Counted from the stretch's first letter, positions 8,839 through 18,006 are shown. The stretch: DNA of 64,000 bases from an uncultured Actinomycetes bacterium (GCA_963704885.1 CAVPIB010000004.1:999261-1063260), one strand, 5' to 3'. Notes: generated by a model from the sequence alone, not told the origin. Numbers and translations are program-made.

Positions 8839-10095
8839 ACCAACCGCTCCGGGAAGAAGACCGCGGCCGCCGGCGGTCGCAGGCAGTGCTCCGACGTCAT
8901 CGAGGCGTTATAGCTGCCCACGTTGATCGTCGCCACGATGTCTCCCTCCGCTACGTCGGGGAAGGGCATGTCCTCGGCGAAGATATCGTTCCCTTCGTTG
9001 ATGTGTCCGCTGATCGTCACCGGGCTACCGGGGGGCGCGTCGGCCGCCCGGCATAGCACCACCTCCATCAGCGAACGGTAGATGAAGCGCTCGCCCAAGA
9101 CGTTCCAGCCCACGTCCAAGCCCACGAACCGGACCCCGTCGCGGTCCTCCACCGTGACGACCTCGGCCAGGTTGACGGCGCACTCCTTGACCAGGAAGTC
9201 GCCCGGCTCGGTGCCGACCGCGACCCCGAGCGGACCCAGATGCTCAGCCAAGATCGAGGCCCAGCGCGTGAGGTCGAGCGGGGCGTCACCCGTCCGCTGC
9301 GGTACGCCCAGGCCGCCGCCCGTGTTGACCTCAGCTATCGGGCACCCCTCGTCGAGCAAGGAACGGACCATGACCGCAACTCGAGTCACGACCTCCTCGA
9401 ACACGGGCAACCCATCGTTCAGATAGCCGTCGCCGACGTGGAAGTGAACGGTGTCGATGGTCAGGTCATGTCCGCGCGCAACACGGAGGGCGTCCTCCAG
9501 GCGCTCGGGGAAGATCCCGAACTTGGTCGGGCGCGGACCTGAATAGAGCGTTCGATCGCCGCCCTCGAACCCTGCGCCGGCACGCGGATTGACACGAAGA
9601 CCGATCGTTCGGCCCGGCGCCCGCCGCCCCACTCGCTCGATCTGCGTGATCAGATCGACGTTCAGGTGCACGTCGGGGTGGGCCAGGATCACGTCCAGGT
9701 CTCGCTCGGACAGGTTGGTGCCGGTGTAGCTGATCTCATCCTGGCGCCAGCCGTACCGCAGTGCGTGCAGCAGCTCGCCGGGAGAGCACACGTCGATCCC
9801 AACGCTCTCGGGCTCGCCCGGAGCCCCCAGTCCCCGCATGAACCGAAGCACCTCGGGTTCGTGTTGGGCTTTCACGGCCAGCCTCACCCGTCCGTCCAGG
9901 TCGGCTCCCACGAATACCGTCTGCAGTGCGCGCGCCTGCTCCCCGATCCGGGTCAGGTCGTGGACGTAGACAGGGGTGCCGTGTTCACGCGCGATCGACT
10001 CGGCGTCTCGGCCGGCGATCGTCAGCCTACCGTCCCGGACCTCAAGTCCGGGACGGGCCCACCACGCGCGCTGTTGGGTCTGGGCCTCCGGCATG
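8835..10095 (-). CDS. PLP-dependent decarboxylase of the Orn/DAP/Arg decarboxylase family (LysA-like)
   Basis: LAVKAQ (PLP-lysine motif), a GGGLGV glycine-rich loop and EPGDFLV near the C-terminus. The start was chosen at the MPEAQ Met (ATG at 10095), because the longer ORF to 10208 would overlap the upstream gene. Confidence 0.78.
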
Positions 10096-10122
10096 GAGGC
10101 CCAGACTACAGAACGCTCTGGG

Positions 10123-10611
10123 TCAAACCTCGACGGCGTCGGAGACCGCGGGCGCGTCGGCGGCCTCGCTGCCGGCGGCCAGGAAGTCACGCGATGATAG
10201 GAATGCACCTACCGTGGCCAGCACGCCGCCAAGGAACGAGATCACCAATCCGGCCGCCGCCTGGACCGTGAACCGTGCCGCGGGGAGCCCGACCGCTTCG
10301 TCGATCCGCGTGAAGCCGAAGAGCGGCATCATCAGCAGGAACGCCGCGCAGACGCTCATGAGCACGCCGAAGAGCCGGCGCATCACAGGGTCGTCGAGGA
10401 GGATGTAAGCACCGCCGAACGCGAAAGCGCCGAACGACGCCGCCAGCGCTATCGAGCCGGTCCAGTCGACCGTCCCCGAGAACGTGACCGTGAGCGTCTC
10501 GCCGTTCACGGGAACCGAGTACGCGAACCAGTGCGTAAGGATACCGATGAACCCGACCAGGCCGCCGACGGCCACGCCGACGCCCGGATACGTGATCTTG
10601 CCAGCCTTCAT
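10123..10611 (-). CDS. hypothetical integral membrane protein (4 predicted TM segments)
   Basis: Start at MKAGKITYPG (ATG at 10611) preceded by a GGAGGG SD. Hydrophobic segments run through the protein. The upstream part of the listed ORF lacks coding character. Confidence 0.55.
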   Translation of the reverse strand: MKAGKITYPGVGVAVGGLVGFIGILTHWFAYSVPVNGETLTVTFSGTVDWTGSIALAASFGAFAFGGAYILLDDPVMRRLFGVLMSVCAAFLLMMPLFGFTRIDEAVGLPAARFTVQAAAGLVISFLGGVLATVGAFLSSRDFLAAGSEAADAPAVSDAVEV

Positions 10612-10676
10612 GGTCCCTCCTGGGAGCCGAGGATTACCCAGTAGTTCTCGGCACGGGAGGGGGTAGCTCTTGACCC

Positions 10677-11879
10677 TCAGTGGTAGATGATGACCGGCGT
10701 TCCGATCGGGTCGCGCGCGAATACCCACAGCGTTACCCAGTACGGGAGCCGCACGCATCCGTGACTGGCCGCGTACGTAGGCACGTCCGTCCAGCCGTGG
10801 ATCGCGCGTTCGCCGTCGAAGAAACTCGGGTAGTACAACCTCTTAGGACTGAAGCCCGCCAGCTTCGAGTAGACGTTGAACGTACCGTCGCGGGTGGGGG
10901 TCGAGGGCTTGCCGGTCGAGACGTGGATCATGGCGTCGACCTTGCCGTCGCGAACGAGCGCCAGCACCTGGCGGGTCTGATCTACCTCGATGTGGAAACC
11001 GTCGGAGCGGACGCGCGGCACGAAGAGCTTCGGCGTGCCGAGGGCCCGCCACACCGCTGTGTTCACGTCCTGGGTCCGGGGAAGACGCTGCACCTTGCGG
11101 AACGCCATCACCGCGTCGGCCGTCCGGTAGTCGAAGACGTGGTCCACTCCGGCCAGGTGGTAGTGCAGCTGGACCAGGCGACGCTCCAACAACCTCACGA
11201 AGACCCCGCGCGCGCCCGACGACAGATCGGGCAGCGGCGTTACGGAAGGCGCGGTCGCGGCCCGGCCGGGTAACAGATCGGGGGGGTCCAGCACGGCCCG
11301 AGCCCGGTAGCTCCCGGCTCGGGGCACCCGGAACGTTGCCGAGAAACGACCATGCGCGTCCATGACCGGCCGCTTGGTTGCGACCACCGCGCCACCGTGT
11401 CGCAGCTCGATCGTCACGCGCTCGCCCTGGCGGATCGGCCGGAACGTGCCGCGCACCCTGACGTCGTCGAAGAGGCGGATCGCCCCCGCTCGCAGCGTCA
11501 TGATCGGCCGGACGCCCACCGCGACCGGCGCGCTGTCGACGCCTAGAGCCGAGGCGTGCACCACCAGGTTGGCCTTCGGCTGAACCTCCGCAGAGAAAGA
11601 GCCGCTCTGACCGGTCATGCCAGACGCCAGCTCGTTGCCGGATGCATCCAGGATCGCGATGGACTCGCCGACCAACGCGGGAACGGTGGAGGCCGTGAGC
11701 GTCACGTCCTCACCGAACGCGACCTCATCCGCGGACGCGGAGATCGTGACGCTAGATGCTCCGCCGGCCACGGCGGGCGCGAGAAGCGCAGGTGCCCACA
11801 CGAGCGCCAGCACGGCGAGCAGGGCGACGGAGATCAGGGCCTTGGCGCGGGAAGACATCCAAGCCATGGTACGGAACAC
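10677..11879 (-). CDS. L,D-transpeptidase (YkuD domain) with a peptidoglycan-binding domain
   Basis: C-terminal ...YAASHGCVRLP catalytic His/Cys motif and a signal-peptide-like N-terminus. The start may be at the downstream MSSRAK Met (11858). Confidence 0.8.
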   Translation of the reverse strand: MFRTMAWMSSRAKALISVALLAVLALVWAPALLAPAVAGGASSVTISASADEVAFGEDVTLTASTVPALVGESIAILDASGNELASGMTGQSGSFSAEVQPKANLVVHASALGVDSAPVAVGVRPIMTLRAGAIRLFDDVRVRGTFRPIRQGERVTIELRHGGAVVATKRPVMDAHGRFSATFRVPRAGSYRARAVLDPPDLLPGRAATAPSVTPLPDLSSGARGVFVRLLERRLVQLHYHLAGVDHVFDYRTADAVMAFRKVQRLPRTQDVNTAVWRALGTPKLFVPRVRSDGFHIEVDQTRQVLALVRDGKVDAMIHVSTGKPSTPTRDGTFNVYSKLAGFSPKRLYYPSFFDGERAIHGWTDVPTYAASHGCVRLPYWVTLWVFARDPIGTPVIIYH

Positions 11880-11907
11880 TCGGCCGAACGCGTGGAACAG
11901 ATGGGAA

Positions 11908-13104
11908 CTAGAAGTACGTCGCGATCGCGTCCACGACCCGGTCCTCGTCGTCGAGCACCGGGATGACCCGCCACTTGTCGAACGCGGTGCAGGGGTGGCT
12001 CAGTCCGCACTCGACCAGGTCGCCCACCTCGAGCGTCAACCCGGGATCGACCCGGCCGTACGCGTGTTGGTCGTTCAGCTCGTCGATCTCGATGAGCCCG
12101 CGCACGTCCCGGACCTCGCCGCCGGGCGAGCGCACGACCTGGGCGACGGGCATGTCCATGTCGAACGGCACGTCGCGCTTGCCGAAACCGAAGAGGGCCA
12201 AGGCGGGCTCTGGGCGAGAGAGCACCGACCCCCATAGCTCCATGGCCGGCTGGAACCCGCGTTCGCCGTCGCGGGCGGGTAGCGGCGAGACCCGCTCGTA
12301 GGTGCCAGAGTCGTGGGTGAGGTAGCAACCGGAACGCAGCACCACGCGGACGTCGGCGTCGCCCGGCCACGGACCGCGCAGCCGATCGACCACGAGGTCG
12401 AAGAAAGCGCTGCCACCGGTGGTGAGGATGATCCGTTCGACACCGTCGAAGCTGCCGGCGTCGATAACGGTACGCGTGAGCTCCTGAAGCGTATCCAGGT
12501 AGGCGAGCACCGGAGCCAGACACTCCGGGGAGCGGTCGTGACAGATTGTCCCCTCGTAGCCGGCCACGCCCGCCAGGTGCAGCACGTCGGACGACGCCAC
12601 ACGCCCGGCGATGTGCACGGCCTCCGGGATGGTCCGGCAACCGGTTCGACCACCCTCGAACCCCAGCTCGACCAGCACGGACAGCGGCCGCTCAGCGTGC
12701 CCGTCGCGGAGCTGTGCCTCCAAGATGTCGACGCCGCGATCGGAGTCGACATAACACAGGAAGGAGAACGTCGGGTCGGCGAGTTGCGCGGCCACCCAGT
12801 CGATCGACACCGGGTCGACCAGTTCGTTCGCGAGCAGGATCGTCGGCACCTCCGCCGCGCGCATCACGCGCGCCTGCGTGACGGTGGCCGCGGTCATCCC
12901 CCAGGCGCCGGCAGCGAGCTGCCGGCCCCAGAGCTGCGGCGCCATGGTGGTCTTGCCGTGCGGCGCGATGTCCACGCCCCAGGCCCGACAGAACTCGTGC
13001 ATCAACGCCAGGTTGTGCGCGAGCGCACGCTCGCGGAGCACCATGACGGGGGTCGGTAGATCGCGGAGCGTCCACCCGCGACCCGCGACGTCGGAGAGCG
13101 CCAC
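11908..13104 (-). CDS. alanine-racemase-fold PLP enzyme of the DSD1 / D-threonine-aldolase-like family
   Basis: 398 aa. N-terminal APHGKTTM (PLP-lysine context of the DSD1 family) and a C-terminal beta domain. Confidence 0.75.
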   Translation of the reverse strand: MALSDVAGRGWTLRDLPTPVMVLRERALAHNLALMHEFCRAWGVDIAPHGKTTMAPQLWGRQLAAGAWGMTAATVTQARVMRAAEVPTILLANELVDPVSIDWVAAQLADPTFSFLCYVDSDRGVDILEAQLRDGHAERPLSVLVELGFEGGRTGCRTIPEAVHIAGRVASSDVLHLAGVAGYEGTICHDRSPECLAPVLAYLDTLQELTRTVIDAGSFDGVERIILTTGGSAFFDLVVDRLRGPWPGDADVRVVLRSGCYLTHDSGTYERVSPLPARDGERGFQPAMELWGSVLSRPEPALALFGFGKRDVPFDMDMPVAQVVRSPGGEVRDVRGLIEIDELNDQHAYGRVDPGLTLEVGDLVECGLSHPCTAFDKWRVIPVLDDEDRVVDAIATYF

Positions 13105-13244
13105 CGGCTCGTCGACCGCCGGGAACCCCTTCGTGCCGATGTCGATGCGAACGATCTCGATACGGCGAGGGTAGCAGCGCCCCTTGGCCTGACGCGATGA
13201 GCGCGCCCCCGAGAGGGAGCGCGCTCATCGAGGATCGAAAGGCG

Positions 13245-13631
13245 CTACTGGGGCACGCCGTCGACGAGCTCGATCACCCGGCTCCGGCCTCGCATGCAGT
13301 CGGGCGTCGCCTTGGCCTTGGCGAAGAAGAATCCGTCGCGCAGGCCCGTGTTCCCCATCGACCACACGCCAACCCGGCCTTGCTGCTCCGACGTGTCTGA
13401 GTTGCCCGTACGTTGGAACGGACCGTCGGCGCTGTCGGACATGAAGAGCCGCACGAGGCGTTCCCCGCGGCACCCGGGATCCGGGCTCTTGACCTTGCCG
13501 TGGAAATCGCCGTTGGGACCCTTGATCGTCACGATCGTCCTGGCGGCGGTACCCGCCGTGGCGAGCCCTGTGAACATCAGCGAACTCGCCGCGACGACCG
13601 CGACGAGCAGGAACGCCAACCTCGTCTTCAT
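13245..13631 (-). CDS. small secreted hypothetical protein
   Basis: Start at MKTRLAFLLVAVVAASSL (signal peptide) with a GGAG SD upstream. 128 aa. Confidence 0.55.
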   Translation of the reverse strand: MKTRLAFLLVAVVAASSLMFTGLATAGTAARTIVTIKGPNGDFHGKVKSPDPGCRGERLVRLFMSDSADGPFQRTGNSDTSEQQGRVGVWSMGNTGLRDGFFFAKAKATPDCMRGRSRVIELVDGVPQ

Positions 13632-13709
13632 CCAAACTCCTTCCGGGGGCAGACGCCCGCACTGAACCACTGGGCGTGAACAACAGTCAAGCTGGCTACT
13701 CGCGGCTCC

Positions 13710-13786
13710 TGGTGGAGGTGAGGGGATTCGAACCCCTGACCTCTGCCGTGCGAGGGCAGCGCTCTACCGGGCTGAGCTACACCCCC
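13710..13786 (-). tRNA. tRNA-Ala (anticodon CGC)
   Basis: The reverse complement reads GGGGGTGTAGCTCAGCCCGGTAGAGCGCTGCCCTCGCACGGCAGAGGTCAGGGGTTCGAATCCCCTCACCTCCACCA. The G3:U70 alanine identity pair is present. The anticodon loop is CUCGCAC. A GTTCGAATC T-loop and an encoded CCA are present. Confidence 0.9.
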
Positions 13787-13827
13787 AGGAATTGGTCAGC
13801 GTAGCAAAGGGGTACGTCGCGGCCGAG

Positions 13828-14412
13828 CTAGGCGCCGGCCAGGTCGCCGCCGGCCCGAACGACCACATGAACGCGGTCCCCTTCACCCACCGAGCCCAGA
13901 CCGTTGAACGTCGGACGCGCCCACCCGTTCATGCTGTCCACCACGTAGCGGGGGACTGCGGTGACCGGAGTCTTCACGCGCGCTGGGGCCCTGGCGGCCT
14001 GGGCCCTCTCGCGTGGATCGACGCCCTCGCGGTGCTTGATCGAGAGCAGTAGCCAGACGTAGAGCAGCAGCAGAGCCCCGAACACAGCCGTGAGCGTCCA
14101 GACGACGCGGAGTGGAGGAACCAGTCCGATCAGGAACGTCAACCCGATCGATTCGAGCAGGAACACCAACACCTTGCGGCGTCGCTCGCGGACCCGCGCT
14201 CGCCGTCGCTCCGCGGCCCCGACGAACCGGGCTCCCTTTCGGGGGGTGACGATCCAGCGCCCCTGACTGCCTTGAGCCTCCACGTGCGCCAACAACTCCA
14301 TCCTGCGTTCGAAATCCTCGACGCTACGCGCCGCGGTGTGCCGCCGACGGTCGGTCGGCAGGAGGAACGCCACCCACATGATGCCCAAAGCGCCTAGGAG
14401 CAGCCAATCCAC
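13828..14412 (-). CDS. hypothetical membrane protein (GTG start)
   Basis: GTG at 14412 with an AGGAGG SD 9 nt upstream. Translation VDWLLLGALGIMWVAFLL... plus a second TM segment, arginine-rich loops and high GC3. Confidence 0.6.
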   Translation of the reverse strand: MDWLLLGALGIMWVAFLLPTDRRRHTAARSVEDFERRMELLAHVEAQGSQGRWIVTPRKGARFVGAAERRRARVRERRRKVLVFLLESIGLTFLIGLVPPLRVVWTLTAVFGALLLLYVWLLLSIKHREGVDPRERAQAARAPARVKTPVTAVPRYVVDSMNGWARPTFNGLGSVGEGDRVHVVVRAGGDLAGA

Positions 14413-14553
14413 GCGCCCGCCTCCTGCCTGATGATCCCCGGTTCAGACACAACATCTAGGCTGGCTCTGGAACGTAGCACCCACATATGGGGTGGGAAAG
14501 CACATCGATGTGATTTTAGGAACTAATGCACAAGCGGGCTGGCGCGGAGGCGG

Positions 14554-15003
14554 CTACTCCGCCCGGTAGTCGCCGGACTTGCCGCCGGATTTCGCCAGCA
14601 GGCGCAACCCGTCGATCCGCGCGGCGCGATCGTAGGCCTTGGCCGTGTCGTACAGGCTGAGCGCGGCCACGGCCGCCGCGGTTAGCGCCTCCATCTCCAC
14701 GCCCGTGCGGTCGTTCGCGCGCACGGTGGTCTCCACACGGATGAGGCCGGTCGCGGGGTCGGGCGAGACCACCACCTCGGCGCCCGTCACTGCGATCGGG
14801 TGGCAGAACGGGAGCAGGTCGGGCGTGCGCTTCACGCCCATCACCCCGGCGATCCTGGCGGCCTCGATCGGGTTGCCCTTCGGGGTGCCGGCTACCAGCT
14901 GCGCGCAGGCCTCGGGAGTCATGGTTATCACGCACTCGGCGGTGGCCTGGCGCTTGGTGACCGCCTTCTCGCCCACCTCCACGATCCGCGCCCGGTCACT
15001 CAC
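14554..15003 (-). CDS. moaC: cyclic pyranopterin monophosphate synthase accessory protein MoaC
   Basis: 149 aa, with motifs including the ...LPFCHPI... region and a MoaC fold signature throughout. A hairpin overlaps the stop codon. Confidence 0.9.
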   Translation of the reverse strand: MSDRARIVEVGEKAVTKRQATAECVITMTPEACAQLVAGTPKGNPIEAARIAGVMGVKRTPDLLPFCHPIAVTGAEVVVSPDPATGLIRVETTVRANDRTGVEMEALTAAAVAALSLYDTAKAYDRAARIDGLRLLAKSGGKSGDYRAE

Positions 15004-15006
15004 GAC

Positions 15007-16269
15007 TCAGTCCTCCGCCGGGCGGAACACCATGACGCGGACCTGCGAGCCGGCCGGCGCCGTGGCCGTCCCCACCGGGATCATGGCCAGTCCGTTGGCT
15101 CGAGCGACCGTCGAGATCAGGTTGGACCCGCGGGCGCCCGTCGGCGAAGCGGTCCAACCGTCGCCGCTGCGCTCCAACCGGACGCGAGCGAACTGCAGCT
15201 TGCCCCTGGGACCCGAGATCTCCTCGGACAGCGTCGCCGTCACCTCGGGCCGGTGGAGCTGCGTGCGGCCCATCATCTTGAGCACGGCCGGGCGCACGAA
15301 GATCTCGAAGCTCACGAACACGCTCACAGGGTTACCCGGCAGGCCGAAGAACGGCTTGCCTTCGATCTGGCCGAAGCCCTGCGGCATTCCGGGCTGCATC
15401 GCCACCTTGTAGAAATCCAGGTCGCCGCGGCGGAAGAACGCCGCCTTCACGACGTCGCGCTCCCCTACCGACACGCCTCCCGACGACACGAACGCGTCTG
15501 CCTGGATCACGTAGCTGAGCACCGTCTCGCGGAGCGATTCGACGTCGTCTTTGACTATTCCAGCGAGCACCGGCATGGCACCCAGCTCGCGCAGACCGGC
15601 GAAGAGCGTGTAGGCGTTGGAGTCGCGGATCTGACCGAACTCCGGAGTCTCGGTGGGCGGGATCAGCTCGTCCCCGGTGGACAGCACGATCACGCGGGGA
15701 CGCGGATGCACCATCGGGTGCGGGAACCCTGCGTTCGCCAGCAGGCCGAGTTCGGGGGGGCCCAGGCGCTTGCCTTCCGGCACCAGGATCTGCCCGCCCT
15801 TGACGTCCTCGCCCGCCGGCCGAACGTGCTTGCCGGCCGTGGGGGCGTCGAAGATCTGCACCATCTCACCGCCGGGCTCGGCGTTCTCGATCGGGACGAC
15901 CGAGTCGGCGCCGGCGGGGATCGGCGCCCCGGTGGCGATCCGGATAGCTTCCCCGCCCCCCACCACCGCTTCGGGTCGCCGCCCGATCATGGCCCGTCCC
16001 ACGATCTTCAGCTCCACCGGAGAGCCTGGGGTAGCGCCGACCACGTCGGATGCTCGAACCGCGAACCCGTCCATCGCCGACGAAGCGAACTCCGGCAGGT
16101 CGCGCATGGCCACGACGTCTTCGGCCGAGACGCAGCCGTGAGCGTCCGTCAGGGGGAGCTGGAGCGGGGCCAGAGGTTGGATCTGAGACAACACCCGCTC
16201 CTGCGCATCCTCGACCGATAGGAGCCCGGTGACGTCGTCATGGTCGTGGATCTGGCGGGTCGGGGGCAT
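15007..16269 (-). CDS. moeA: molybdopterin molybdenumtransferase MoeA
   Basis: 420 aa with MoeA N-terminal, MPT-binding (GGVSVGERD) and C-terminal domains. It lies 4 nt upstream of moaC. Confidence 0.9.
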   Translation of the reverse strand: MPPTRQIHDHDDVTGLLSVEDAQERVLSQIQPLAPLQLPLTDAHGCVSAEDVVAMRDLPEFASSAMDGFAVRASDVVGATPGSPVELKIVGRAMIGRRPEAVVGGGEAIRIATGAPIPAGADSVVPIENAEPGGEMVQIFDAPTAGKHVRPAGEDVKGGQILVPEGKRLGPPELGLLANAGFPHPMVHPRPRVIVLSTGDELIPPTETPEFGQIRDSNAYTLFAGLRELGAMPVLAGIVKDDVESLRETVLSYVIQADAFVSSGGVSVGERDVVKAAFFRRGDLDFYKVAMQPGMPQGFGQIEGKPFFGLPGNPVSVFVSFEIFVRPAVLKMMGRTQLHRPEVTATLSEEISGPRGKLQFARVRLERSGDGWTASPTGARGSNLISTVARANGLAMIPVGTATAPAGSQVRVMVFRPAED

Positions 16270-16311
16270 GCGGGCAGTCTACCCGTGGCCGCGGAATGGC
16301 CAGGCCGCGGC

Positions 16312-17190
16312 TCAGGCCAGGTCGATGCGGTGGATCAGTTCCTTCAGGTAGTGAGCGAAGTCCTTGCCCACGTCCTCGCGATCGAGCGCCATCTCCACCG
16401 TCGCCTTCAGGTAGTCGAGCCTGTTCCCAACGTCGAACCGCCCGCCGTCGAGCCGGTACGCGTAGACGGCGTGCTCCTTGGCCAACAGGTTGATCGCGTC
16501 GGTCAGCTGGATCTCTCCGCCACGGCCGGGTTCCGTCTGACGGAGCGCGTCGAAGATATCGGGCGTCAACACGTAGCGGCCGATAGCCGCCAGGTTCGAT
16601 GGCGCGTCTTCCGGCGAGGGCTTCTCCACGATCGAAAGCACGCGAGCCAGGTGCTCTTCGATGAACTCCGGCTCGATCGAGCCGTAGTGGCTGATGTCTT
16701 GGAGCGGGACCTCTTGGACGGCGATCACGCTGCGGCCGTAGCGCTCATGCATGCGAAGCATGTCCGACAGGAGCGGCACCGACCGGTGGATCAGATCGTC
16801 GCCCAGAAGGACCGCGAACGGCTCGTCGCCGATGTGATCCTCGGCCACCGCCACCGCGTGGCCCAGGCCGAGCGGGTCCTTCTGGCGGATGTAATGGATC
16901 GTGGCCATGTCGCTGATCTCTCGGACCTGCTTCAACTCGTCGAACTTCCCCTTGGACTCGAGGAAGTGCTCCAGCTCGATGGACCGGTCGAAGTGGTCCT
17001 CGATCGAGCGTTTTCCGCGACCGGTCACGATCAGGATGTCGGTGAGCCCCGCTCGCGCCGCTTCCTCCACCACGTACTGGATCGAGGGGGTGTCGACCAC
17101 CGGCAGCATCTCTTTCGGCTGCGCCTTGGTGGCGGGCAGGAACCGGGTACCCAGGCCTGCGGCCGGTATCACGGCCTTCCTGATCGACAT
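16312..17190 (-). CDS. galU: UTP--glucose-1-phosphate uridylyltransferase
   Basis: Start at MSIRKAVIPAAGLGTRFLPATKAQPKEMLPV (ATG at 17190, GGGAGGGA SD). The upstream 211 codons of the listed 503-aa ORF are Arg/Pro-rich non-coding shadow. Confidence 0.9.
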   Translation of the reverse strand: MSIRKAVIPAAGLGTRFLPATKAQPKEMLPVVDTPSIQYVVEEAARAGLTDILIVTGRGKRSIEDHFDRSIELEHFLESKGKFDELKQVREISDMATIHYIRQKDPLGLGHAVAVAEDHIGDEPFAVLLGDDLIHRSVPLLSDMLRMHERYGRSVIAVQEVPLQDISHYGSIEPEFIEEHLARVLSIVEKPSPEDAPSNLAAIGRYVLTPDIFDALRQTEPGRGGEIQLTDAINLLAKEHAVYAYRLDGGRFDVGNRLDYLKATVEMALDREDVGKDFAHYLKELIHRIDLA

Positions 17191-17652
17191 CCCGGTCCCT
17201 CCCTTCGCCCCGGCGGCGGAGGGAACGAGTCTATGCCCTCCCGGGTCGTTCGAAGGTCCGCCGGTGGTCATCCGTCGTCCCTCCATGAGGGCGCGTCGTC
17301 GGCCTCGGGAAGCTCCAGCAGGCGCACGTCGTGCGGTTCGAGTGAGGGATCTGCGGTCGAGGCGGCGGCCTCGATGGGGCCGACCAGCAGCTCCAGGTCG
17401 GGTCGACGTCGCGCCTCCCTGCCGAGTGTGGACCCGCGCATGCCGAACCTCCTCGTGAACGCCGCCCCGGTCGGCGCTCCGCGGGCGGCGCGCCGTGGTC
17501 CTTCTCGGTGATGACGGTAGCCGGGTGTGACCACGCGAACATCGTCCAGAGGGCTCATCCGAAAGGCGGATGGCGCAACCATCGAAAGGCCCGGTCGAAC
17601 GCCAGAACCGCATCCGGGACCTGCGGAAACCCTCCGCTACACTCGTCCGGTC

Positions 17653-18006
17653 ATGCCCACGTACGAGTACATGTGCCGCAGCTGCGGCCACACGTTCGAC
17701 ATCGTCCAAGCCATGCGCGACGACTCCATGACCGTCTGCCCCGAGTGCGGCGGCGAGCTCCGCAAGGTGTTCGCTCCACCGTCGATAGCGTTCAAGGGCT
17801 CGGGCTTCTACGCCACCGACCATGGGAAGAAGTCGAAGAAGGAGTCCGAGAAGTCTGGCGAGAAGTCTGGCGAGAAGTCTGGCGACACCGCGGCCGCGAA
17901 GTCCGATGTTAAGTCCGATAAGCCGGCGGAGTCGACCGGATCCAAAGACGCTCCGAAACCCGCGCCCGAGAAGAAGCCGACGAAGAGCTCGGAGGCCACA
18001 TCGTGA
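17653..18006 (+). CDS. FmdB-family zinc-ribbon protein with a Lys/Ser/Glu-rich tail
   Basis: MPTYEYMCRSCGHTFD...CPECGG (CxxC...CxxC). The tail contains EKSGEKSGEKSG encoded by a 12-nt triple tandem repeat. Confidence 0.75.
   Translation: MPTYEYMCRSCGHTFDIVQAMRDDSMTVCPECGGELRKVFAPPSIAFKGSGFYATDHGKKSKKESEKSGEKSGEKSGDTAAAKSDVKSDKPAESTGSKDAPKPAPEKKPTKSSEATS
17848..17883 (+). repeat. perfect 12-nt tandem repeat x3 (GAGAAGTCTGGC) inside the FmdB-like gene
   Basis: Read directly from the sequence. It encodes (EKSG)x3. Confidence 0.85.

Noticed and set aside
13632-13827. tRNA-Ala as a possible genomic-island integration site
   Set aside because: No integrase, recombinase, direct repeat of the tRNA 3' end or compositional shift was found on either side. 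The flanking genes (a small secreted protein and a membrane protein) look native.
14639-17511. Plus-strand ORFs 14639..15412, 14800..16221 and 16240..17511 opposite moaC, moeA and galU
   Set aside because: They are antisense to three well-supported Moco and GalU genes, with low-complexity Arg/Gly/His-rich translations.
16312-17823. Extension of the galU ORF to 503 aa, and the 414-aa minus ORF 17808..19052
   Set aside because: The GalU family start MSIRKAVIPAAG, with an SD, is at 17190. The upstream 211 codons are Arg/Pro-rich non-coding. 17808..19052 is antisense to the FmdB and MTAP genes.
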